This document shows, piece after piece, positions 17,801 through 26,466 of a DNA stretch of 64,000 nt. A model generated the notes under the pieces. That model made no database searches, was not told the DNA's origin, and saw only the letters and a list, made by a program, of their open reading frames with translations. A program made the position numbers and the translations under genes. Numbering within the stretch: position 1 is the stretch's first letter; each line of letters begins with the position of its first letter. The stretch covers positions 918 through 64,917 of the forward strand of contig CALLMJ010000055.1 of the NCBI GenBank assembly GCA_938006875.1, written 5' to 3'. Origin of the DNA: an uncultured Bacteroidia bacterium (lineage in GTDB: Bacteria; Bacteroidota; Bacteroidia; J057; CALLMJ01).

Positions 17801-17867
17801 CTATGTTTAATGACGTAGTTTATTCTATATAATAATTCTTTGAAAATTGGTGTTTAGAAATTCAAAA

Positions 17868-18836
17868 TCACTGAACAAACCAATAATAAATAGGCATTCC
17901 AATTGTAATATTAACGGGAAAAGTTACTGCCAAAGCCATTGGTAAAAATAAACCTGGATTTGCTTTAGGAACAGATATTTTCATGGCAGCAGGAACTGCA
18001 ATATAAGAAGCACTGGCTGCTAAAATTGCAAATAAAAAACGATTACTTACTTGGTCTGTTACTAATTTGCTTAAAAGCCCAAAAAGGCATCCATTAAGAA
18101 TAGGTATTAATGCTGCAAATAAAAATGGAAACCAACCCAATTCAAAAAAACTTTTAAGATTTTTTCCGCTTGTTATTCCCATATCTAATAAAAATATTGC
18201 AAGAAAACCTTTAAATAAATCGGTAGTAAAAGGTTTTATACCTTCAGCATGTTTATCACTAGCTAAATAACCAATCATTAAACTACCAATAATTAAAATT
18301 ACACTTCCATTAGTAAAAGAATGTTTAATTACCGTTCTTTTTTTGATTTTATTTTCTTGATTTTCTTGAGAATAATAATTGATTAATAATAACCCCATAA
18401 TTATAGCTGGTGATTCCATCATAGCCAAAATTGCTACCATAAAACCATTAAAATGCAAACTTTTAGCTTCTAAAAATGAAACTGCTGTTACAAATGTTAC
18501 TGCACTTACAGAGCCATAAGCGGCTGCTATGGTTCCTGAATCAAATATATTAAGTTTTTTCTTCAATATATGAAAAGTATAAAATGGAATTAAAATAGAA
18601 CTAAAAACTCCTAAAAAAATAGACCAAACAATTTCCATTCTAAAAGGTTCGTGAGCCAATTCTTGTCCCCCTTTAAATCCTATAGCAAACAGTAAATATA
18701 AAGAAATAAATTTTGATGAATTAGCAGGAATTTCTAAATCACTACCTAAATAAACCGACATCAATCCCAGTACAAAAAAGAGTAAAGCTGGATTTGTCAG
18801 GTTTTCAATTAATAAGTTTATATCCATAAAACGCAA
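17868..18836 (-). CDS. sodium-dependent bicarbonate transport family (Sbt_1-like) permease
   Basis: Polytopic membrane protein. The N-terminus NPALLFFVLGLMSVYLGSDLEIPANSSKFISLYLLFAIGFKGGQEL matches my memory of the Sbt_1 family signature. The start could be Met4 (18827). Confidence 0.5.
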   Translation of the reverse strand: MRFMDINLLIENLTNPALLFFVLGLMSVYLGSDLEIPANSSKFISLYLLFAIGFKGGQELAHEPFRMEIVWSIFLGVFSSILIPFYTFHILKKKLNIFDSGTIAAAYGSVSAVTFVTAVSFLEAKSLHFNGFMVAILAMMESPAIIMGLLLINYYSQENQENKIKKRTVIKHSFTNGSVILIIGSLMIGYLASDKHAEGIKPFTTDLFKGFLAIFLLDMGITSGKNLKSFFELGWFPFLFAALIPILNGCLFGLLSKLVTDQVSNRFLFAILAASASYIAVPAAMKISVPKANPGLFLPMALAVTFPVNITIGMPIYYWFVQ

Positions 18837-18961
18837 ATTTACTCAAATATTTTAGATTAAATCCAATAGATTGTTTTTATATTCCTTGATAAAATTCAGA
18901 TTTTGAAGCAAAGAATTTACAAAATACCCTATCAAAATTCTTGAAAGAAATTTGATAAATA

Positions 18962-21022
18962 CTATAATTCACAGGTAGCTATTTTAATACCATTAACTAC
19001 CATAATATTAGCAATTTTTCCATTAATCATACATTCATTCCAGTCTTGAGGAATTTTTATCCATATTTTTTGTATTTTCATTTTGGGATTAATAGAAATC
19101 GTAATAGACTGATAATCAAAATCAGTGGCAATGGCTTCAATTTCTTTCCCTGGTAGTATATATCCTATTGAACCGACAAAACTTATATCTTGTTCTGCAT
19201 CAATTATTTGTAATAAAACACAATCTGCATGTTTTAATTCTATTTCGTCGCCTTTTTTCAATATTCTATGATTTACACCCTCAAAAACTAAGCTATCTTT
19301 TATTTCTAAATAAAACTTTTTTTTGTTCGTATTAACCACAAACAAATATTCATTGTTTAAACGAATAAAGTATAAACCTTCATTTTCTTTCCAATCTGTA
19401 ACTTTTAAAGGTTGATGGGGAAAAATTGTTTGATAGATTTTTAAGATAGAGTCAGTCCATTCTGAGGGGTTATCAGAAATAAAATTAAGATTTCCTAAAA
19501 GATGGTTTACATAGAACAAAGTTTTTTTTTGATGGGGTTTTAATCGGTTATTTGAAGTTCTTAAAATAGAAACGTCGGGGTCATTTCCAAAAGCAATACC
19601 ATTAAAAAATGCTCTATTAATGGTGTTATGAATAGCATTCATAGTAGAAATACGCTCTAAATTTTTGAGTTTTTTCATCCATTTAGTATCCCAATTTAAA
19701 CCCATATCAGGACCAATTCTACAGTAATCAAATTTATTAAAAGCGGGGGAAAGAGGCACACCGCAGCCCAGTAATTTTGCATTTCCTTTCCAAGTATTGA
19801 GTAATTTAAGAGCTTCATTCATAATCATTGCACGTGTTTTTCCGTTCCTAGGTATTAATGCTACGGCATATAAAAAATCAAGTTTCAGCAAATCAAATTG
19901 CCATTTATATATAGCTTTTTTAAATAGATTTCTTAAATAAATTTGAACTTCTGGGTGATAAATGTCTAAAGTATAAAATGCAGGAGAAAAAAAACCAGAC
20001 CATAAGGGATTAAATCCCACTTTAAGTAATTTTTCTGAATTAGGTTTTAACACTAACCAGTCTTTTCTTTCTTTAAAAATAGAAGATTTTTTTTCGACAA
20101 TAAAAGGTGCAATCCAAAGACCAGCTTGAAATTTACGTTTATGAATGTCATCTGTTAAATCTTTTAAATTTTGAGAAAATTTACCATTAGGTATCCAGTC
20201 CCCAACTTTTTGTTGCCAACCATCATCAATTTGAATATAATCTATTGGTAACCGATTATAATAAAATCCATCTAAATTTTCTAAAATGATATTTTCATTA
20301 ATTTTGGTATAATGATTGTACCAAGATGTCCAACCTGTTACAGGTGGTTCAGGATTTCTATTAAATAAATTTTCAAAATAGTTTTGAATATCTTCTAATT
20401 GAACATTTTTTTTGTATAAAATTTGACAAATTTCAAAAGGTTTATTGACCTCCATTCCCTCTACATCTTTATGGATTATTAATTGTTCAAGATGAGTATT
20501 TTCAAAAATTGTGTAAGCAAAATCATCGTTTAAAGAGGAATAAAAATCTCTTTTTCCATTAGATTTTTCTAAAATAGTAAAGAAATAGCTTCTAGGATTT
20601 TTTTTATTTTGAGCAATTGAATACCAAAAACTATAGTCTCCATAAGGTTTTACTAATTTACCAAAAGGGAAACCTATTTTTTTTACTTTTTCATTTTGTT
20701 TATACCACTTGGTTAATGTCCAAGATTGAAAGCCATTAGAAAAAAATTTATGATATTCACCAGTTTGAATTTGAATAGAAAATTTTAAAAGAGTTAATGG
20801 AACGTGTGGTTGAAGTTTTATGGAAAGTGTACTATCCGTCTGTATAATTTTTAATTTCAAATGTTCATTATGAGGATTTTCTATTGTCAAATTTTTAACT
20901 TCAAAAATCGTATTTTCTAATTCATAAGAAATATAAAAAGATAAAATTTTAGGGGTAGATTGAAGACTGAAATTTTCCAAAAATAAGTAACTGATAAATA
21001 ATAACTTGAAAAATTGTTTCAT
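18962..21022 (-). CDS. alpha-galactosidase-like glycoside hydrolase (GH36/melibiase type)
   Basis: YIQIDDGWQ and LLKLDFLY motifs are characteristic of the GH27/GH36 alpha-galactosidase catalytic barrel. N-terminal signal-like segment. Confidence 0.55.
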   Translation of the reverse strand: MKQFFKLLFISYLFLENFSLQSTPKILSFYISYELENTIFEVKNLTIENPHNEHLKLKIIQTDSTLSIKLQPHVPLTLLKFSIQIQTGEYHKFFSNGFQSWTLTKWYKQNEKVKKIGFPFGKLVKPYGDYSFWYSIAQNKKNPRSYFFTILEKSNGKRDFYSSLNDDFAYTIFENTHLEQLIIHKDVEGMEVNKPFEICQILYKKNVQLEDIQNYFENLFNRNPEPPVTGWTSWYNHYTKINENIILENLDGFYYNRLPIDYIQIDDGWQQKVGDWIPNGKFSQNLKDLTDDIHKRKFQAGLWIAPFIVEKKSSIFKERKDWLVLKPNSEKLLKVGFNPLWSGFFSPAFYTLDIYHPEVQIYLRNLFKKAIYKWQFDLLKLDFLYAVALIPRNGKTRAMIMNEALKLLNTWKGNAKLLGCGVPLSPAFNKFDYCRIGPDMGLNWDTKWMKKLKNLERISTMNAIHNTINRAFFNGIAFGNDPDVSILRTSNNRLKPHQKKTLFYVNHLLGNLNFISDNPSEWTDSILKIYQTIFPHQPLKVTDWKENEGLYFIRLNNEYLFVVNTNKKKFYLEIKDSLVFEGVNHRILKKGDEIELKHADCVLLQIIDAEQDISFVGSIGYILPGKEIEAIATDFDYQSITISINPKMKIQKIWIKIPQDWNECMINGKIANIMVVNGIKIATCEL

Positions 21023-21046
21023 TGGATTTGATGTATTTTTTACAAA

Positions 21047-22003
21047 TTAAAAATAATTGTTGATATTTATGTTTAGCATTTCTTCAATATCTTTATCCGA
21101 AAATTCTTTATTTCTTAAAGTTTCAATCATATTTCTAATACGTTGTTTTTCATTCATAAGCATAATATTTTTCTCATCGGCTCGTTTTTTTTCTTCATCG
21201 GCTCGTTTTTTTTCTTCATCGGCTCGTTTTTTTTCTTCATCGGTTCGTTTTTTTTCTTCAATCAGTCTTATTTGTAATTCTTCATAAGATTCTTCTCTTA
21301 TTCTTAATTCATCTAAAAAATCATCCTCAATATCCATTAATTTTCTGGTTTCTGTATCTTGGGATATTTTTAGCAAACGTTTTAACAAACTATAATGGCT
21401 AACAGGAAAGTCTTTTTCATCAAATTCAATAAAACGCATCATTGCTACATCAAAAATGCTTAATATTTTTTCTAAATCGGTTTTTTTACCTTTTTTCTTT
21501 TTAATAGCAGGTATTTGAATAACAATAGCATCATGAGTAATTCCTTCAATAAATGGTTCTTTGTCTTTTAATATTTCTTGAGTTCCATGAACCAAATATT
21601 GCCTTTTTACTCGTATAATAGGTATATTTTCATGTACCTGCAAATGATGACCCAATAAATAAATCGTAATTATGGGAATAGGAACATTTCCATTCATGTT
21701 ATCTTTATTAGCATATTGATTGCCTATATACCTTCTAAAGCGAAAATTTTGATTATAAAACTTAATTTTCTGTAATTCTATTAATACAATTAAATGTGAA
21801 TTCTCTTCAATTTTAATTTTTGCTTTGAAATCTACACGATAAATAGAAAATAAATCTACTTCACTAAGATATTCATGAGGCTTAAACTCTAATTCTAAAA
21901 CCTCCATTTCTAAAATGGCTGAAATTAGAAGTTTAGCAGATTCTAAATCTTGCATCAATCCTTTAAAAACTACATCATAAAGTGGATTGGCTATGTAAAT
22001 CAT
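21047..22003 (-). CDS. PD-(D/E)XK nuclease, Rpn / PDDEXK_2 family (putative transposase-like), with repeat-encoded K/E tail
   Basis: The N-terminus IANPLYDVVFKGLM..., YRVDFKAKIKI and LIVLIELQK (D...E.Q/K core) are typical of the Rpn/PDDEXK_2 family. The C-terminal DEEKKRA x4 is encoded by a 21-bp tandem repeat. Confidence 0.65.
   Translation of the reverse strand: MIYIANPLYDVVFKGLMQDLESAKLLISAILEMEVLELEFKPHEYLSEVDLFSIYRVDFKAKIKIEENSHLIVLIELQKIKFYNQNFRFRRYIGNQYANKDNMNGNVPIPIITIYLLGHHLQVHENIPIIRVKRQYLVHGTQEILKDKEPFIEGITHDAIVIQIPAIKKKKGKKTDLEKILSIFDVAMMRFIEFDEKDFPVSHYSLLKRLLKISQDTETRKLMDIEDDFLDELRIREESYEELQIRLIEEKKRTDEEKKRADEEKKRADEEKKRADEKNIMLMNEKQRIRNMIETLRNKEFSDKDIEEMLNININNYF
21174..21257. 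repeat. 21-bp tandem repeat x4 (in-frame, encodes DEEKKRA x4 on the minus strand)
   Basis: TCATCGGCTCGTTTTTTTTCT occurs at 21174, 21195, 21216 and 21237. The fourth copy has one C>T change. Confidence 0.9.
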
Positions 22004-22018
22004 AAATTCTCTATAAAT

Positions 22019-24253
22019 TTAATTAATCACTTTTAATTTAGCAAATTTTAACATTAAAGTTTTTTGACCCGCACTATCAAAATTAACAATTGCTTTCTTT
22101 TCTTCATTTTTTCCTTCTAGATTGATTACTATTCCTTTTCCAAATTTGAAATGTTCTACTCTACAACCTATCTGAATGGCATCAATAGGGTCAGCTTGAA
22201 AATCATTTTTATTGGCGATATTTGCTGTATTAGGTTGAAGTTGTTTTAGTTTAACCAAATTAATACCAGTAAACTTATTATTTTCGTTAATATTTTGAGA
22301 ATTTATGGGCGTCATTCTTTGAGATGGCATTTCAATAAATTGACTGTCAATTTCATAAATAAAACGGGAAGTATCTGTTCTATCTAAATTTCCGTAGCGT
22401 AAACGATTTTTGGCGTAAGTTAATGCTAAATGTTTTTTTGCTCTTGTAACAGCCACATAAAAAAGTCTTCTTTCTTCTTCTAAATTTTTTTGGTCAAGCT
22501 TATACATTACGTTAGGAAATAAACCTTCCTCTAAACCTGCAATTACGACAGAAGTAAATTCAAGCCCTTTCGCAGCATGAATGGTCATTAAGGTAACTTT
22601 ATCGGTATTGCCATCATCTTGTTCGTCTTGGTCCGTAAATAAAGATGCTTCTTGCAAAAAGTAAGACAAAGAATTTTCATTTTCATTAACTCTATTCATA
22701 AATTCTTGAGCGGCATTCATTAACTCAATAACGTTTTCCCAACGTGCATGGTCTTGAGGGTCATCACTATTTTTTAATTCATTTAAAATTCCTGAATTTT
22801 TTATTACCATTTGAGCCGCTTCATAAGCATTCATTGTCTGAACATTTTGATAATTATAAGCAATTAATTTTGCAAAATTTTCAACGGCTACTGTAAAACG
22901 ATTTAGACCAAATTGACGTATGTTATATATCACGTCCCAAAGTCTAATGTTATTTTCTGAAGCAAATTGTAATAATTTTTCAAGAGTGGTATCACCAATC
23001 CCTCTAGCAGGATAATTAATGACCCTTTTGATAGCTTCTTCATCATAAGGATTGACGGCTAATTTTAAATAAGCTAAAGCATCTTTTACTTCTTTTCTTC
23101 TATAAAAAGATAAACCGCCATAAATTCTGTAAGGTATTCCAACTTTTCTTAAAGCATCTTCTAATAAACGTGATTGAGCGTTGGTTCTATATAAAATAGC
23201 AAAATCTTCATTCAAATAACCATAACGAACTTTTTGTTCTCTTATATAGTTAGCAATTTTTTGACTTTCCTCTACATCATTAAAATTTTCAATAATTTTA
23301 ATTTTTTCACCTTCTTCATTGATAGTAAAACAATTTTTTTCTAATTGATATTCGTTGTTGGCTATAATATTATTTGCTGCGTTAACTATGGTTGATGTAG
23401 AACGATAATTTAATTCTAGTTTAAAAGTTTTAGATTGAGGATAATCTTTTTGAAAGTTTAGAATGTTTTGAATATCAGCACCTCTAAAACCATAAATGCT
23501 TTGAGCATCATCACCTACAACACAAATATTTTGATGTCCTTCTGCTAACATTCTAGAAATTAAATATTGAACATGGTTGGTATCTTGATACTCATCAATT
23601 AAAATATATTTAAATTTTTGTTGATATTTTGCTAAAACTTCAGGAAAATTTTGGAATAATATACAAGTATAAACTAGCAAGTCATCAAAATCCATAGCAT
23701 TTGCATCTTTGCAACGCTTTTCATAAACTTTAAAAATTATGCTAACTTGTTCAGTAAAAACATTATTATTTGCATAAATTTCTTCAAATTTAGATGCATC
23801 AATAAGTTTATTTTTAGAAGAAGAGATAGTTTTATATACAGCAGCAGGTTTTATTTTAGTAGTGTCCATATTGAGTTCTTTCATTATGGTTTTGATTAGG
23901 GATTGGGCGTCATCAGTGTCATAAATAGTAAAAGAATGAGAAAAACCTAATAAATGGCTTTCGAATCGTAGAATTTTAGAAAAAATAGAGTGAAAAGTAC
24001 CCATCCATAAAGAATGAGCTTGTGAACCTACCAATTTTTCAATTCTAAGCTTCATTTCTTTAGCGGCTTTATTAGTAAATGTTAATGCTAAGATTTCATA
24101 GGGTTTCGCTAAATTTTGAGATAAAATATAAGATATGCGTTTAGTTAGAACGGTTGTTTTGCCTGAACCAGCTCCTGCTATTATCATAACTGGGCCCTCG
24201 GTGTGCATGACTGCATTTTTTTGCTCATCATTTAACGAATTTAAAAAATCCAT
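22019..24253 (-). CDS. uvrD: ATP-dependent DNA helicase, UvrD/PcrA/Rep family
   Basis: Complete SF1 motif set: AGAGSGKTTVLTKRI, LTFTNKAA, ILIDEYQDTN, VVGDDAQSIYGFRGA, YRSTS, TIHAAKGLEF, YVAVTRAK. Small C-terminal domain (HFKFGKGIVI...). Confidence 0.9.
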   Translation of the reverse strand: MDFLNSLNDEQKNAVMHTEGPVMIIAGAGSGKTTVLTKRISYILSQNLAKPYEILALTFTNKAAKEMKLRIEKLVGSQAHSLWMGTFHSIFSKILRFESHLLGFSHSFTIYDTDDAQSLIKTIMKELNMDTTKIKPAAVYKTISSSKNKLIDASKFEEIYANNNVFTEQVSIIFKVYEKRCKDANAMDFDDLLVYTCILFQNFPEVLAKYQQKFKYILIDEYQDTNHVQYLISRMLAEGHQNICVVGDDAQSIYGFRGADIQNILNFQKDYPQSKTFKLELNYRSTSTIVNAANNIIANNEYQLEKNCFTINEEGEKIKIIENFNDVEESQKIANYIREQKVRYGYLNEDFAILYRTNAQSRLLEDALRKVGIPYRIYGGLSFYRRKEVKDALAYLKLAVNPYDEEAIKRVINYPARGIGDTTLEKLLQFASENNIRLWDVIYNIRQFGLNRFTVAVENFAKLIAYNYQNVQTMNAYEAAQMVIKNSGILNELKNSDDPQDHARWENVIELMNAAQEFMNRVNENENSLSYFLQEASLFTDQDEQDDGNTDKVTLMTIHAAKGLEFTSVVIAGLEEGLFPNVMYKLDQKNLEEERRLFYVAVTRAKKHLALTYAKNRLRYGNLDRTDTSRFIYEIDSQFIEMPSQRMTPINSQNINENNKFTGINLVKLKQLQPNTANIANKNDFQADPIDAIQIGCRVEHFKFGKGIVINLEGKNEEKKAIVNFDSAGQKTLMLKFAKLKVIN

Positions 24254-24402
24254 CTTGCAAAATTATTTCAATTTATTGTATTTAACAAAAATGAAAATCA
24301 TTTGATAATAAAAATCTATAAATCAATTTTTTAAATAAAGATTTTATTTTTTTGATGGTAATTTCATAAGTTAATCTTAATTTTACGGTTTATAACAAAG
24401 GC

Positions 24403-24894
24403 ATGAAATACACGATAGATAAATTACCAAGCTATGCATTGGTAAAATTAGAAGAAAAAAAAGTGGATACTAGAATCTCTCCCGAACTAAAACAACTTTT
24501 TGTTTTAATGAATACAGAAGGTATTAATAACATTATATTGGATTTATCCTCAACTGATTATATTGACTCCTCTGGATTAAGTTCTATTTTGGTTGCTAAC
24601 AGATTATGCAATAACTCTAATGGTTATTTGGTTTTAACAGGTTTAAATCCGAATGTAAGCAAAATGTTAGAAATCTCTCAATTGATTGATAAGCTCAATA
24701 TTGCTGATACTGTTGATGATGCAATAGAAGCTATTCATTTGGCTGAAATTGAAAATTTTGATGAAAATTTCAATATTAATGATTTTGATGATGATGATTT
24801 TGATGATGATGATTTTGAAACCGTTGAGATTGACGATAATTTTGATATAGATTTTGAAGAGGATAATCTTGATGATTTTTATAGAGGAATTTGA
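24403..24894 (+). CDS. STAS-domain anti-sigma-factor antagonist (SpoIIAA/RsbV-like) with poly-acidic tail
   Basis: LDLSSTDYIDSSGLSSIL contains the DSSGL phospho-serine motif of SpoIIAA-type STAS proteins. The last roughly 45 aa are D/E/F/N only. Confidence 0.75.
   Translation: MKYTIDKLPSYALVKLEEKKVDTRISPELKQLFVLMNTEGINNIILDLSSTDYIDSSGLSSILVANRLCNNSNGYLVLTGLNPNVSKMLEISQLIDKLNIADTVDDAIEAIHLAEIENFDENFNINDFDDDDFDDDDFETVEIDDNFDIDFEEDNLDDFYRGI
24781..24810. repeat. 15-bp tandem repeat x2 (encodes DFDDD DFDDD)
   Basis: GATTTTGATGATGAT at 24781-24795 and 24796-24810, followed by GATTTTGAA. Confidence 0.85.
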
Positions 24895-24970
24895 AGAGTT
24901 ACTAATTGAAGAAGAATTTCGTAATGATTATGATTATTAATTACCAAATGAATTTATAAAGTTCTTAAAC

Positions 24971-25903
24971 ATGTTTAAAGTTTGTGTTTTGGGTAGCAGT
25001 GCTGCTATTCCTATGTTTAATAGAGGTCTATCAGGGCAAATTATTATTCATGATTCAGGAACTTATTTAATTGATTGTGGCGAAGGTACTCAATTTCAAA
25101 TTCAAAAGTTTAAAATTAAACTAAAAAATTTAAAAGCTATTTTTATTTCTCATAACCACGGCGACCATATTCTAGGTTTACCTGGTCTATTATCAACTTT
25201 GAGTATGTTAGAAAGAACCGAACCTCTGTATATTTTTGGTCCTGAAGGTTTAAAAGACTGGGTTTTACAGTTTCTAAATTTATCTCAATCTGTTTTAAAA
25301 TATGAAGTAATTTGGACAGAACTTCCTCAATTACAAGAAAAAAAATTAATCTATGAAGTGGATAAATTATCCATTTATGCTTTCCCATTAGTTCATAGAG
25401 TTGCTTGTAATGGTTTTTATTTTTTAGAAAAAAACAAATCTTTAAGATTAGACATCCAAAAACTTAAAGAAAAAAAACTACCCAAAGAATATTATCCCAT
25501 TTTGAAATCTGCTCAAGACGTTGAATTTGAAAATGAATGGTATTTTTACAAAGATTATACTCTTCCACCAAACCCACCTTTGAGTTATGCTTATGCTTCT
25601 GACACTTTATATCAAGAAAGTATTAGTAAAAATTTTGAAAATACGCATTTCCTTTATCATGAAGCAACATTTTTAGTGAATGAAGCTGAAAAAGCTCAAA
25701 TTACTTATCACAGTACTGCTAAACAAGCGGCTTTACAAGCTCTTAATTCTCATGCTAAATATTTAATGCTTGGACATTTCTCCGCTAGATATTTTGATTT
25801 GAAAGATTTACTATTAGAAGCCAAACAAATTTTCCCTAATTCTTTTTTGGCTTTTGATGGAAAATTTTATGATTTGAATCATTTAGATGAAAATGTTTCG
25901 TAA
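24971..25903 (+). CDS. rnz: ribonuclease Z (tRNA 3' endonuclease)
   Basis: Metallo-beta-lactamase fold with SHNHGDHILGLPGLLST (HxHxDH). N-terminus VLGSSAAIP...R..S. C-terminal LGHFSARY. Length is typical at 310 aa. Confidence 0.85.
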   Translation: MFKVCVLGSSAAIPMFNRGLSGQIIIHDSGTYLIDCGEGTQFQIQKFKIKLKNLKAIFISHNHGDHILGLPGLLSTLSMLERTEPLYIFGPEGLKDWVLQFLNLSQSVLKYEVIWTELPQLQEKKLIYEVDKLSIYAFPLVHRVACNGFYFLEKNKSLRLDIQKLKEKKLPKEYYPILKSAQDVEFENEWYFYKDYTLPPNPPLSYAYASDTLYQESISKNFENTHFLYHEATFLVNEAEKAQITYHSTAKQAALQALNSHAKYLMLGHFSARYFDLKDLLLEAKQIFPNSFLAFDGKFYDLNHLDENVS

Positions 25904-26131
25904 AATTTATCTTAAATCAATTATTTAAGTATAAACACAAAAATCCATTCCTAAATTTATTAGAGATTTTGAACAGAATTTTCGTTTAGGATATAACTAA
26001 TTGTTTTTAAATTAATTATGTAAGAGATATTGACATTTTGAAACCTATTTACAAAGGTTTGTAGTTTCATTTATCTAAATGTTAAAAATTTATTTTCTGA
26101 TGTTTAGTCAGGATTATTTTAAGGATTGGTC

Positions 26132-26182
26132 ATTGAGTAGGCGTAGCCGTACCTGTAGTAATTGAGTAGGCGTAGCCATACC
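26132..26182. repeat. 22-nt direct repeat x2 with 29-nt period in a GC-rich intergenic island
   Basis: ATTGAGTAGGCGTAGCC(G/A)TACC at 26132-26153 and 26161-26182, with one mismatch. Confidence 0.85.
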
Positions 26183-26251
26183 GAAATGACCATTTTTCGT
26201 GGAAAATCGGTTGTTTCGGTATGTTCGCTTCACTCACTACTTAACAACCGA
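26177..26251. repeat. two overlapping inverted repeats (alternative hairpins)
   Basis: CATACCGAAA (26177-26186) pairs with TTTCGGTATG (26214-26223). TCGGTTGTT (26207-26215) pairs with AACAACCGA (26243-26251). The 3' arm of the first shares 2 nt with the 5' arm of the second. Confidence 0.8.
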
Positions 26252-26440
26252 ATATATACCTAATGTTTTAAATTAACTTATTAATCGCTAACAATTAACT
26301 GGTAAACCATTTTTAATGAATTGTTCATAAACTCTATTATTTGGGCGTGTCTCTTGCTATTCTTTTGACACATTTTTCAAAAGTTTCAAAAGGGTCTCCT
26401 TCGTTCAATTCATAACAATTATGAAAATATAAAAAAATTA

Positions 26441-26448
26441 TATTTTTG
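26441..26448 (+). promoter_or_regulatory. -7 box TATTTTTG upstream of the 26467 gene
   Basis: Exact TAnnTTTG match ending 18 nt before ATG 26467. I saw no clear -33 TTG. Confidence 0.3.
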
Positions 26449-26466
26449 CAAAAAATCAAAATATTC

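Noticed and set aside
21057-21287. 76-aa plus-strand ORF across the 21-bp repeat
   Set aside because: It is the antisense of the DEEKKRA repeat (reads SSARFF x4). The minus-strand nuclease gene explains the region.
21047-24253. UvrD-like helicase plus nuclease as a Gabija, Hachiman or AddAB-like defence or repair system
   Set aside because: The helicase has the full housekeeping UvrD/PcrA motif set and C-terminal domain. The nuclease is Rpn/PDDEXK_2 type, not OLD/TOPRIM or AddB-like. The adjacency is kept only as a low-interest finding.
26446-26466. TTG start for the 506-aa ORF as given in the track
   Set aside because: The TTG is part of the TATTTTTG -7 box. ATG 26467 with an 18-nt leader fits better.
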